Source: Spirochaetia bacterium (GTDB lineage Bacteria; Spirochaetota; Spirochaetia; DSM-2461). Taken from it: a DNA stretch of 64,000 bases. The DNA is taken from NCBI GenBank assembly GCA_963668315.1, contig OY764216.1:4000001-4064000 (forward strand). The letters are read 5' to 3'. Numbering within the stretch: the first letter of the stretch is position 1; every line of letters starts with the position of its first letter. Positions 29,343 through 42,405 of this stretch are shown here, in pieces. A program made the position numbers and the translations under genes. The notes under the pieces are model-generated. The model searched no databases, was not told the origin of the DNA, and saw only the letters and a program-made list of their open reading frames with translations.

Positions 29343-30365
29343 ATGGAAACACTCTACGGGAGAACTCTCTCCCAGCTGGAAAATATACTGGTCGAAGGGG
29401 GAGAACCTTCTTACAGAGCCGGACAACTGGCCCAGTGGCTGTATGAGAAGAACGCCGACAGCCTTGACGGGATGTCCAATCTTCCCAAAAAACTCAGGAA
29501 CATGCTTGAGGACAATTTCATTCTGGGGAAAACGCCCCCCTCAAAAGAGACATGTTCCAGGGATGAAACAAAAAAATACCTGTTTCCCACATCGGGGGGA
29601 AATTTTATCGAATCCGCCTGGATTCCTGATAAGGAAAGATCCACCCTGTGCCTCTCGACACAGGCCGGCTGCAAATGGGGCTGCCAGTTCTGCATGACCG
29701 GCACCATGGGTTTCAGAGAGCATCTGACCACCACGGATATTCTGAATCAGTACGGCTCCCTACCCCACCGGGACCGGGTGACCAATTTCGTCTTCATGGG
29801 TATGGGAGAGCCCCTGGACAATCTGGATAATCTCCTTCCCGCCCTTGAGATCCTCACATCCCCCTGGGGATATGCCCTGAGCCCGAGAAGGATCACCGTT
29901 TCTACCGTAGGTGTTGTTCCCGGGATCAGACGCTTCCTTGAAGAGTCTGAATGTCATCTGGCCTACAGTCTGCATAACCCTTTCCCCGAGGAAAGGGCCG
30001 CCCTGATGCCGGTAGAAAAAAAATATCCCCTCAGGGAAGTCATTGCCCTTCTCAAGGAGAAACGGGATCTGTTCAGGGGACAAAGACGGGTCACCATTGA
30101 ATACACTCTTATAGAGGGGGAGAACGATTCCGCCCGTCATGCCGATGAACTTGTCAGGCTCTTGAACGGCTTAAAAGCCCGTGTCAACCTTATCAGCTAC
30201 AATGCGGGTACCGACCTGCCCTGGCACGGCGTATCCCGGGAGGCCGCTGTGACGTTCCGGGACAGACTGAACAGAAAGGGCCTGACCGCTACGATAAGAG
30301 ATTCACGGGGAGCCGATATCGATGCGGCCTGCGGTCTTTTGAGTATCAGGCAACAACATTCCTGA
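29343..30365 (+). CDS. rlmN: 23S rRNA m2A2503/tRNA A37 radical SAM methyltransferase
   Basis: CLSTQAGCKWGCQFCMTG, FMGMGEPL, TVSTVG, SLH, DIDAACG motifs. Confidence 0.95.
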   Translation: METLYGRTLSQLENILVEGGEPSYRAGQLAQWLYEKNADSLDGMSNLPKKLRNMLEDNFILGKTPPSKETCSRDETKKYLFPTSGGNFIESAWIPDKERSTLCLSTQAGCKWGCQFCMTGTMGFREHLTTTDILNQYGSLPHRDRVTNFVFMGMGEPLDNLDNLLPALEILTSPWGYALSPRRITVSTVGVVPGIRRFLEESECHLAYSLHNPFPEERAALMPVEKKYPLREVIALLKEKRDLFRGQRRVTIEYTLIEGENDSARHADELVRLLNGLKARVNLISYNAGTDLPWHGVSREAAVTFRDRLNRKGLTATIRDSRGADIDAACGLLSIRQQHS

Positions 30366-30366
30366 A

Positions 30367-30660
30367 TCAGTAATAGTACTTCCGGCCTCCCTGGCATTCC
30401 TGCCTTCTGTCTCTTCTTGTCCGGTTCGATACCATGGCTATCAAAAAAAGTACACCCAGTATCAGAAGGCCCCTGGGAATAATAAAACCGACAAGGCTCA
30501 GAAGGAAAGGTACGATAAGAATCGCCGTAACGGCGGCGGCAATGAGGCCCAGAACGACACCAAGCCCCGAAAACAGCAGGCGGAACAGAAATCCGATGAC
30601 TTCAAAAACAAATCCTATTCCAAAGAAAAAAACCAGTCCAAGCAAAATAAGCATTTCCAT
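30367..30660 (-). CDS. Small hydrophobic membrane protein, PspG-like
   Basis: 97 aa, hydrophobic core, basic/aromatic C-terminal tail; AGGAG RBS; sigma54 promoter upstream. Confidence 0.7.
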   Translation of the reverse strand: MEMLILLGLVFFFGIGFVFEVIGFLFRLLFSGLGVVLGLIAAAVTAILIVPFLLSLVGFIIPRGLLILGVLFLIAMVSNRTRRDRRQECQGGRKYYY

Positions 30661-30760
30661 AACTACTCCTTTCAGTGCCGGACGCAAGATTCTGATTTCA
30701 TCGTCCGGCGGGCGTCATATTTGAATAATCCTTGATAAAGACGCCCTGTATCTCCCATAA

Positions 30761-30777
30761 AGCAATAACCATGCCAG
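30761..30777 (-). promoter_or_regulatory. sigma54 (-24/-12) promoter
   Basis: Minus strand CTGGCATGGTTATTGCT: GG-N10-GC spacing, close to the TGGCAC-N5-TTGCW consensus. Confidence 0.75.
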
Positions 30778-30995
30778 CAGGGAGAGACCTAAGCAATCCC
30801 CATAGGGCCATTTTTGATCCTGACGGTTGGGATTTTTCCCATTCTCTGGGATTTAATACCTGGCAGAATTAAAATCCCGATTTGAATTATCCTCAACCTT
30901 GTTATAATCTAAAGAAAGGGAGATTTACTGAAAAAAGCAGTTGCCCGGCTATGGTAAAATTTGTATTTTCTATAGCAACAAAGGAGAATATCGGA

Positions 30996-33350
30996 ATGGA
31001 TGCTAAAGATATTATACAAACTGATCAAAACCTGCCTAGTGTGCTTTATGTGATACCCCTTCTGGGAAAACCGATATTTCCAGGAATATTCACACCCATC
31101 ATGATTTCGTCCGATGACGATAAGGAACTGGTGGAAAAGGCCATGGAAGCGGACAATACGATCGGACTGGTACTGACCAGAGAGGACGATCAGGAAAATC
31201 CGTCTACCGACGATCTCTTTCAGGTGGGTACTGCCGCCAAGATCGTCAAGAGAATCAAGCTTCCCGACGGAAGTATGAATATTTTCATTACCACGGTCAA
31301 AAGATTCATCATTAAGGATTTTGTGAACAGTTCGGCCCCTTTGATGGCGAAAGTCGATTATGTTGATGATATAACCGAAGGACCGGATGAAGAACTGAAG
31401 GCCCTGACCCGTTCCCTTCTTCAGGAGATGAAGGAATTGAGCCAGGACAATCCTCTTTTTACCGAAGAGATGCGCCTGAACATGGTCAATATTGATAATC
31501 CCGGGAAAATCGCCGATTTTATTGCCTCCATATTGAATGTGGACAGGCTTAAGCAGCAGAAGATTCTGGAGACCTTCAATGTCAGGAACCGTATAGAACA
31601 GGTTCTGGTTTTCATGAAAAACGAACAGCACCTGATCAAACTCCAGAAAAAAGTCGCCGGCGAGATTAACGAGAGAATCGAGAAGAACCAGAGAGAGTAC
31701 TTCCTCCGGGAGGAGCTCAAAGAAATAAAACGGGAATTGGGAGAACCGTCCGACGCCCGATCCAGCGAATATCAGAAGTATAAGCAGATGATTGATAAGC
31801 TGGACTTCGAGGGGGAAGTAAAGGATCAGGTGGATTCGGAACTGGAAAAATTCGCCATTATGGAACCCCAGTCATCGGAATATATCGTCACCCGCAACTA
31901 TCTGGACACCATTGTCAACCTGCCCTGGGAAGATCCCGAACCGGATAATGTCGATCTGGCCAAGGGAGAAAAAATACTCGACAGGGACCACTACGGTCTG
32001 GAAGATGTCAAAGAGAGAATACTGGAGTATCTGGCCGTCAGAAAACTCAAAAAGGACAGCAAAGGCTCTATTGTTCTTCTGGTCGGCCCTCCCGGAGTGG
32101 GAAAGACATCCATAGGAAAGTCCATCGCCGATACGCTGAACCGGCCTTTTTTCCGGTTTTCCGTAGGGGGCATGCGGGATGAGGCTGAAATAAAGGGGCA
32201 CAGGAGGACCTACATAGGGTCCATGCCCGGAAAGATTATCCAGGGGCTGAAGATCGTTAAATCCAAGGCTCCTGTCTTTATGATTGATGAAATCGACAAA
32301 CTGGGTGCCAGCTACCAGGGAGACCCCTCGTCCGCCCTGCTGGAGGCCCTCGATCCCGAACAGAATGTGGAATTCCGTGACCACTACTTGGATATTCCCT
32401 TTGATCTCAGCCATATACTTTTCATCTGTACAGCCAACAGCATGGATACCATTCCCCGGCCCCTTCTGGACAGAATGGAAGTTATCCGCCTCTCGGGCTA
32501 TATAACCGATGAGAAAGTGGAGATAGCCAAACGCTATATCATCCCCAAATCTCTCAAAACCCACGGACTGGACAAGGACTCCATACGCTACCGGAAAACC
32601 GCCCTCATTGCCATTGCCGACGGTTATGCCCGGGAAGCGGGAATGAGAAATTTCGAGAAATGCATCAACAGAATCAACAGAAAAGTGGCGAGAAAAGTGG
32701 TGAGCGGACAGGAGGATCTTCCCCTGGTCATAACCAAGGAGAATATAGAGGAGTACCTCCAAAAACCCTTCTTTAGAGAGGGGGAAATTAAGAAGGCAGA
32801 CAGAGCGGGAACCAGTCTTGGACTTGCCTGGACAAGCATGGGGGGAGATACCCTCATTATTGAATCTGTGGCCCTGCCGGGTAAGGGAGGTCTGAAAATG
32901 ACCGGACAGATGGGCGATGTCATGAAGGAATCGGCCAGTATTGCCTATACCTACGCCAGAAAAATAGCCGATGACATGGGCGTGGATAAGGATTTCTTCG
33001 ATAATAACACGATCCATCTTCATATTCCCGAAGGAGCAACCCCCAAGGATGGTCCTTCGGCCGGCATAACCATGACCAGCGCTTTTCTCTCCCTGGCTCT
33101 CAACACCCGGATAAAACCGGCCACGGCCATGACGGGAGAATTAAGCCTGACCGGGCAGGTGCATCCCATAGGCGGCCTCAAGGAGAAAACGATTGCGGCC
33201 CGGAGAAATAAAGTCAAGGATATCATAATCCCCGAAGCGAATGAGCGTGATCTGGATGAAATCCCCGATCATATCAAGAAGGGGATAACCTTCCATCCCG
33301 TCTCCCGCTATGAAGAAGTAGTAAAAATACTGTTTTCCGGTATCGAATGA
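30996..33350 (+). CDS. lon: ATP-dependent Lon protease
   Basis: GPPGVGKTS, GHRRTYIG, DEIDK, PKDGPSAG catalytic Ser, IGGLKEK; AAGGAG RBS before ATG 30996. Confidence 0.97.
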   Translation: MDAKDIIQTDQNLPSVLYVIPLLGKPIFPGIFTPIMISSDDDKELVEKAMEADNTIGLVLTREDDQENPSTDDLFQVGTAAKIVKRIKLPDGSMNIFITTVKRFIIKDFVNSSAPLMAKVDYVDDITEGPDEELKALTRSLLQEMKELSQDNPLFTEEMRLNMVNIDNPGKIADFIASILNVDRLKQQKILETFNVRNRIEQVLVFMKNEQHLIKLQKKVAGEINERIEKNQREYFLREELKEIKRELGEPSDARSSEYQKYKQMIDKLDFEGEVKDQVDSELEKFAIMEPQSSEYIVTRNYLDTIVNLPWEDPEPDNVDLAKGEKILDRDHYGLEDVKERILEYLAVRKLKKDSKGSIVLLVGPPGVGKTSIGKSIADTLNRPFFRFSVGGMRDEAEIKGHRRTYIGSMPGKIIQGLKIVKSKAPVFMIDEIDKLGASYQGDPSSALLEALDPEQNVEFRDHYLDIPFDLSHILFICTANSMDTIPRPLLDRMEVIRLSGYITDEKVEIAKRYIIPKSLKTHGLDKDSIRYRKTALIAIADGYAREAGMRNFEKCINRINRKVARKVVSGQEDLPLVITKENIEEYLQKPFFREGEIKKADRAGTSLGLAWTSMGGDTLIIESVALPGKGGLKMTGQMGDVMKESASIAYTYARKIADDMGVDKDFFDNNTIHLHIPEGATPKDGPSAGITMTSAFLSLALNTRIKPATAMTGELSLTGQVHPIGGLKEKTIAARRNKVKDIIIPEANERDLDEIPDHIKKGITFHPVSRYEEVVKILFSGIE

Positions 33351-33967
33351 TTCTCTTCATACTGGACCTGGCAGGAACATTTATCTTCGCTCTGACCGGT
33401 GCTCTCAAAGCAGTGAGGCACCGGTTGGACTGGCTGGGGATTATGGTTCTGGCCTCAATTACAGGCGTGGGCGGCGGTGTTATGCGCGATGTGATTTTAG
33501 GCAGCACCCCGCCTGCCGCTTTTCATAATGAATGGTATCTCGTCTGTTCACTGGCGGCGGGATTTCTTACCATCATCTTCATACCCCTGATGCCTCTTCC
33601 CCGAACCCTGAAAGTAAAGCATATCATACCCATAGGGGATGCTCTGGGTCTGGGTGTGTTCACCTTCATAGGAGCGGCAAAGGGTATGAATGAGGGCTTG
33701 GGACCGGTGGGAATCTTATTCACGGGAGTCGTGACTTCCTGCGGCGGAGGAATAATACGGGATGTGCTGGTAAAAGAGATACCCGCCGTACTCAGAAGAG
33801 ATTTTTATGCCACGGCCAGTCTTCTTGGCAGCCTTCTCTTCTTCCTCCTCAAAACGCTGGATATACAAACCTGGTTTGTGCCGGTAGTTGTCATTTTCTT
33901 TACCACGGCCCTGCGTTTGCTGGCCATGAAGACACACATGTCCCTGCCCGTACCTCAGCGTAAATAA
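33347..33967 (+). CDS. TRIC/UPF0126-family membrane protein
   Basis: Duplicated GGG..RD motifs, DALGLGVF, FYATAS. Confidence 0.9.
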   Translation: MILFILDLAGTFIFALTGALKAVRHRLDWLGIMVLASITGVGGGVMRDVILGSTPPAAFHNEWYLVCSLAAGFLTIIFIPLMPLPRTLKVKHIIPIGDALGLGVFTFIGAAKGMNEGLGPVGILFTGVVTSCGGGIIRDVLVKEIPAVLRRDFYATASLLGSLLFFLLKTLDIQTWFVPVVVIFFTTALRLLAMKTHMSLPVPQRK

Positions 33968-34105
33968 TTCTTTTCCAGCTCTTATTTAAGACTTATAATA
34001 CCCTTTCCCGCTTACAAAAAAATAATTGACCATAGACGCGGTCAATGATAAAATCACTAACGGATAGTTTATTCCGGTAATTCTATCCTAAAGGAGAGAC
34101 TCATC

Positions 34106-34447
34106 TTGGAACTTAAGATAAGAAAAAATGAAAATATCTACATAGTGGATGTCAATGGTGAGATGGATCTATATAATTCGTATAAATTAAAAGAGTTGAT
34201 TATGAAAATGCTTGAGAAAAAAGTCACCCGCTTCATAATCAATTTGGATAACGTTGAATACATCGATTCCAGCGGTATCGGTGCATTGATTTATATTTGT
34301 TCCACAATTAAAAAAATGAATCTATTCCTTATGATTACGAATGTAAAAGGTTCAGTTAAAAAAGTTATAGAGTTAACGAAACTTATGGGTTATTTTCCCA
34401 TCAAGCCCTCTTTAAATGAAGCCATTAAAGAAATGAGAACACTATAA
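34106..34447 (+). CDS. STAS-domain anti-sigma-factor antagonist
   Basis: GEMDLYN, YIDSSGIGAL phospho-Ser motif; TTG start after AAGGAG. Confidence 0.92.
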   Translation: MELKIRKNENIYIVDVNGEMDLYNSYKLKELIMKMLEKKVTRFIINLDNVEYIDSSGIGALIYICSTIKKMNLFLMITNVKGSVKKVIELTKLMGYFPIKPSLNEAIKEMRTL

Positions 34448-34459
34448 GGAGATATCATT

Positions 34460-35005
34460 TTGTCCGATTACACTGAAATTATAGTATCCGATGAACATCC
34501 TCTTCTGAACAGGGATAATATGTTTTATAAAGAATTTCCCAGCGATTACAGGCAGATACGATATTTTACCCTGCTCATCGTTCAGAAAGCACCGGCGGAA
34601 ATCAAGGAAATCAATCTGCTGGAACAGCAGATAAGTGAAATCATTAAAAACGCCGTAAAGCATGGTAATAAATGCGACATCAATAAGAAGATAAAGGTCT
34701 GGTTCTCCTTTTCCACGGAAGAGGCGCGTATTATCGTCGAAGATGAAGGAGATGGTTTTACGAAAATAAAGGAATGGAACGAATTTCATCGGAACAGACA
34801 GGACTGCCTCAGGGATGATGATTTTGAAAGACTGGCCGACTATGTTGCCTATACCACCGAAGAGAGTGATGATACGGATGGGGGAAACGCTCTTTTTGCC
34901 GCCGTGGAATACTGGAATGAAGGTGTCGTCTATACGGAAAAGGCCAATTGTATCGGAGTCGGCAGAATAGCCCGCAATAAAACTCAGGGACTGGAAATCT
35001 CCTGA
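34460..35005 (+). CDS. RsbW-like anti-sigma/Ser kinase (HATPase_c)
   Basis: SEIIKNAVKHGN N-box, VEDEGDGF G1-box; TTG start after AAGGAG. Confidence 0.82.
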   Translation: MSDYTEIIVSDEHPLLNRDNMFYKEFPSDYRQIRYFTLLIVQKAPAEIKEINLLEQQISEIIKNAVKHGNKCDINKKIKVWFSFSTEEARIIVEDEGDGFTKIKEWNEFHRNRQDCLRDDDFERLADYVAYTTEESDDTDGGNALFAAVEYWNEGVVYTEKANCIGVGRIARNKTQGLEIS

Positions 35006-35449
35006 TCAGTCGTCCAGCTCAATATCAAAGAGGAGCCATTTTCCTTCGCTGAAGCTTAGGTAGATGGTTCCTTTTATTTTTTCCTCCCCATCGATTAACC
35101 TAAAATTGCTGACGATTTCTTTTTCCCCTTCCTTTTGAAGATGCAGACGTATTTTTAGATTTTCATGATAAGAATAGGTTTGGAAGTAATCATACTTGTG
35201 TTCGAGAACTTTCATTGATGTTCCTACACAGTAATCTTCACTGACACCGTTGTGAATATAATTGGAAATGATACCCTCCACGACCTTATTTTCATCCACG
35301 AAACCAATGGCGTCGTCTCTGGGGATGATAACATTATCGGCCAGTGAGAAAGCAAAATCTTCCATAGGCGAAAGATCATTACTCTGGCAAAAGAGCATGG
35401 ACGAAAAGAGGAGGGAGAAAATACAAGAAGCTAACCTATTCCAGCGCAT
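35006..35449 (-). CDS. Hypothetical secreted protein
   Basis: 147-aa ORF with signal-like N-terminus; TTGTCC-N17-TAAAGT promoter directly upstream. Confidence 0.55.
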   Translation of the reverse strand: MRWNRLASCIFSLLFSSMLFCQSNDLSPMEDFAFSLADNVIIPRDDAIGFVDENKVVEGIISNYIHNGVSEDYCVGTSMKVLEHKYDYFQTYSYHENLKIRLHLQKEGEKEIVSNFRLIDGEEKIKGTIYLSFSEGKWLLFDIELDD

Positions 35450-35571
35450 AGGCCATACTTTAACCCATTAAAGCATTTGGGACAAGCGAAACTGTAGGAT
35501 GCTGCCGTTTTATTTTTATAAGCTTTTCGGTTGCGTTAACCCGGACAGAAAATCCGTTATAACAAAAAAAA

Positions 35572-35685
35572 GCCTGGCGACGACCTACTCTCCCACGGGA
35601 ACCGCAGTACCATCGGCGCAATTGAGCTTGACTTCTGTGTTCGGTATGGGAACAGGTATAACCTCAACGCTATAATCACCAGACA
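35572..35685 (-). rRNA. rrf: 5S rRNA
   Basis: Conserved reverse-complement motifs CCTGGCG.CG.CCTACTCTCCC, AGTACCATCGGC, TTCGG.ATGGGAACAGGT; ends approximate. Confidence 0.95.
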
Positions 35686-35845
35686 AATTAACATTGTTAT
35701 GGCGTACGAACGACCTAAGCCGATCCGTACTATTTCTGATAGAGCTTCCCAGACAAACATCATCTGAAAAAACTTAACTCTAATTTCTCATTTGAGCAGA
35801 ACTCAAAAGGGAAGTTACAGCTTCCATCAGGGATAAAGAATAATA

Positions 35846-38760
<2,915 letters not shown>

Positions 38761-38940
38761 ATTATCCTTTATCCCTTCTCTATCATCGCGATACCTACAA
38801 GTATTGAAACTGTACGCTTACCGGTATAACCCACACGGATTAGTAACCGAAAAACTTGGTATCTATCATCCTGCATATATCAGAATGTTTATTTAAAGAT
38901 CAAAAAATGAAACTGCCTTTTACAAAACAGTTTCCAAGCA

Positions 38941-39014
<74 letters not shown>

Positions 39015-39137
39015 TTATAGCGCTTCTTTTAAGATTAAGAGAAGCTTGAACAACGGGAACTTGTGCTGTTTCTGTCATGCCCAGTGTGTACAAATCACTG
39101 GGACTTTCGAATCAATTAAGATTCTGTACCTTTCTCG

Positions 39138-40680
<1,543 letters not shown>

Positions 40681-40991
40681 ATAATTAACTGTCCGAAGAC
40701 AGTTACTAATCAATAGTTAAGTAGATCCACAACTAGGAATAGTTGCTTCTCAAAACAAAACATCAAAACAATTTCTCGTCTTGCTGACTTTGTTCGCCAT
40801 TATATTAATAAATGGTCTTGGAATTGACAGAAACTATTTAAAAAACATTGCTATTCAAATTAAACAATACTCAAGTTCCCGTTATTCAAACTTCCCTTCT
40901 CTAAATCTTTTTCTAAGAACAAGTTGCCTTACCTCGCAAAGTACCGTGCCGCACCGCAGTGCTTCTGGACTTCCTCAGTGGCGCGAGCAGT

Positions 40992-41171
40992 AATTTACTA
41001 CAACCCGCTTTTTTTGTCAACCGGCTTTCAAAACTTTTTGAAAAAGTTTTTCAGGCCGATCGGCTCAGGGTTCCAGGCTTTTCGGCCTTTATCCTCGGCT
41101 CTGTGCGGTGAGTTTCGTTCACCCCGTCAGAGCGTGAGGAGGAATATACAGGTTCAGCAGAAAACTGTCAA
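40992..41171 (-). promoter_or_regulatory. Tandem rrn promoters P1/P2
   Basis: TTGACA (41171-41166)-N17-TATATT and TTGACA (41020-41015)-N17-TAAATT, each with A/T-rich upstream tracts; boxA-like TTGTTCTTAGAA near 40911-40922. Confidence 0.85.
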
Positions 41172-41416
41172 CAGCAATTCTGAAAAAACTTTGAAAAGTT
41201 GAAAAATGACCAGTTCAGGGGCGTTATGACCAGAGAGAAGGGGTATTTAAGAGCAAAAGGGGAATGATGGGGGCGGAACCCGGAGAAGAGGTTGACCGCG
41301 AAAGTCATGAAAAGCGCTGAGGAAATGAAGAAGTCGGGGATGAGCTCCCGGTCTTTCTCTTGTCAGCGGGATCTGCGGGGCCAGGTCGTCTTTCTGCTGA
41401 GATACGCTTTATGTGG

Positions 41417-41585
41417 TTAGGTTGTTTTCAATATAACGGCTTCTTTGGCGTTATTAGATTGTTTTCAATATAACGCCCTCCTTGTCGCTATTAGATCGTT
41501 TTCAATATAACGGCCTCTTTGGCGTTATTAGATCGTTTTCAATATAACGCCCTCCTCGCCGTTATTAGATCGTTTTCAATACAAC
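41417..41585. repeat. Tandem array of 37-bp units (4 full plus a partial fifth)
   Basis: Units start at 41417, 41454, 41491, 41528, 41565; consensus TTAGATCGTTTTCAATATAACG(G/C)CCTC(T/C)TTGGCGTTA. Confidence 0.95.
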
Positions 41586-41600
41586 CCGGCCAGTCACCCT

Positions 41601-41735
41601 AAACGCCGCTCCATGTCCGCCTTACGCGGGAGGGATGGGAGGGGAGCCGAAGGCTGACGGCGAAGCCGGCCGGAGCGGAAGCGGAGCCCCGGACAGCCCG
41701 ACCGGAGCGACGGAGGAGCGGAGGGGCCGCCCCGA
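41601..41735. repeat. GC-rich structured intergenic element (REP-like candidate)
   Basis: Short GAA/GGAA-capped hairpins (CGGC-GAA-GCCG, GC-GGAA-GC) and repeated CGGAG motifs; single copy in this window. Confidence 0.4.
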
Positions 41736-41803
41736 CAAGATGCATGTGTAAAAGGATTTGACATATTCCTCTTTTCTGTCGATAAATATTAGGGGAAACG
41801 AAT

Positions 41804-42397
41804 GTGAAAGAAGATGACGCAAGGAAACTCGCCAATCTGGGCAGGATGCAGGATAAACTCAACCGTATAATAAAGGGGATCGAGGATCTCAGAGCCGGGT
41901 CTGTTCCGGCGGATTTATCGGACAGACTGCGGCAGATCGAGATGGACGCCATTGCCGCGAAGAAGTTTTCTTCGGCCCTCGGCCCCCTGAAGGACGGGGT
42001 AAATTCGTCCCTACCTGCCGCCGATTCGGAAAAGCAAACGATTATGGTGGTGGACGATGAGGAGATGGTTCTGCAGGTGACCTGTATTATCATTTCCAAA
42101 ATGGGCCTGCGCCCCCTGGCGTTTAAAAGCAGCAGCAAGGCTCTGGATTACTACAGGGATCATCATAGGACGGTCAGCCTGGTCCTCCTGGATATGATAA
42201 TGCCCGAAATGAACGGGAAGGAGCTGTTTCTTTCCATGAAGGAAATCAATCCTTCGGTCAAGGCCATTCTCCTCTCCGGCTGGATAGACAAGGATGAAAA
42301 CGAGAATATCAATGATATCGGTCTAGTCGATTTTCTGCATAAGCCGATTGAGAAGGCCGTGCTGGAAAGCAATATTCTTCAAGCCCTGAGAAACTGA
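41804..42397 (+). CDS. Response regulator (C-terminal receiver, helical N-terminus)
   Basis: IMVVDDEE, LLDMIMPEMNG, ILLSG, FLHKP motifs. Confidence 0.85.
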   Translation: MKEDDARKLANLGRMQDKLNRIIKGIEDLRAGSVPADLSDRLRQIEMDAIAAKKFSSALGPLKDGVNSSLPAADSEKQTIMVVDDEEMVLQVTCIIISKMGLRPLAFKSSSKALDYYRDHHRTVSLVLLDMIMPEMNGKELFLSMKEINPSVKAILLSGWIDKDENENINDIGLVDFLHKPIEKAVLESNILQALRN

Positions 42398-42405
42398 ACG
42401 CCCCT

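Noticed and set aside
30880..30995. CIRCE heat-shock operator upstream of lon (also checked for htrA)
   Set aside because: No TTAGCACTC-N9-GAGTGCTAA match was found by eye.
41417..41585. Canonical CRISPR array or TIGR-type guide array
   Set aside because: There are no unique spacers: the variable positions are few and alternate between two related variants. No cas or Nop-domain gene is in the window.
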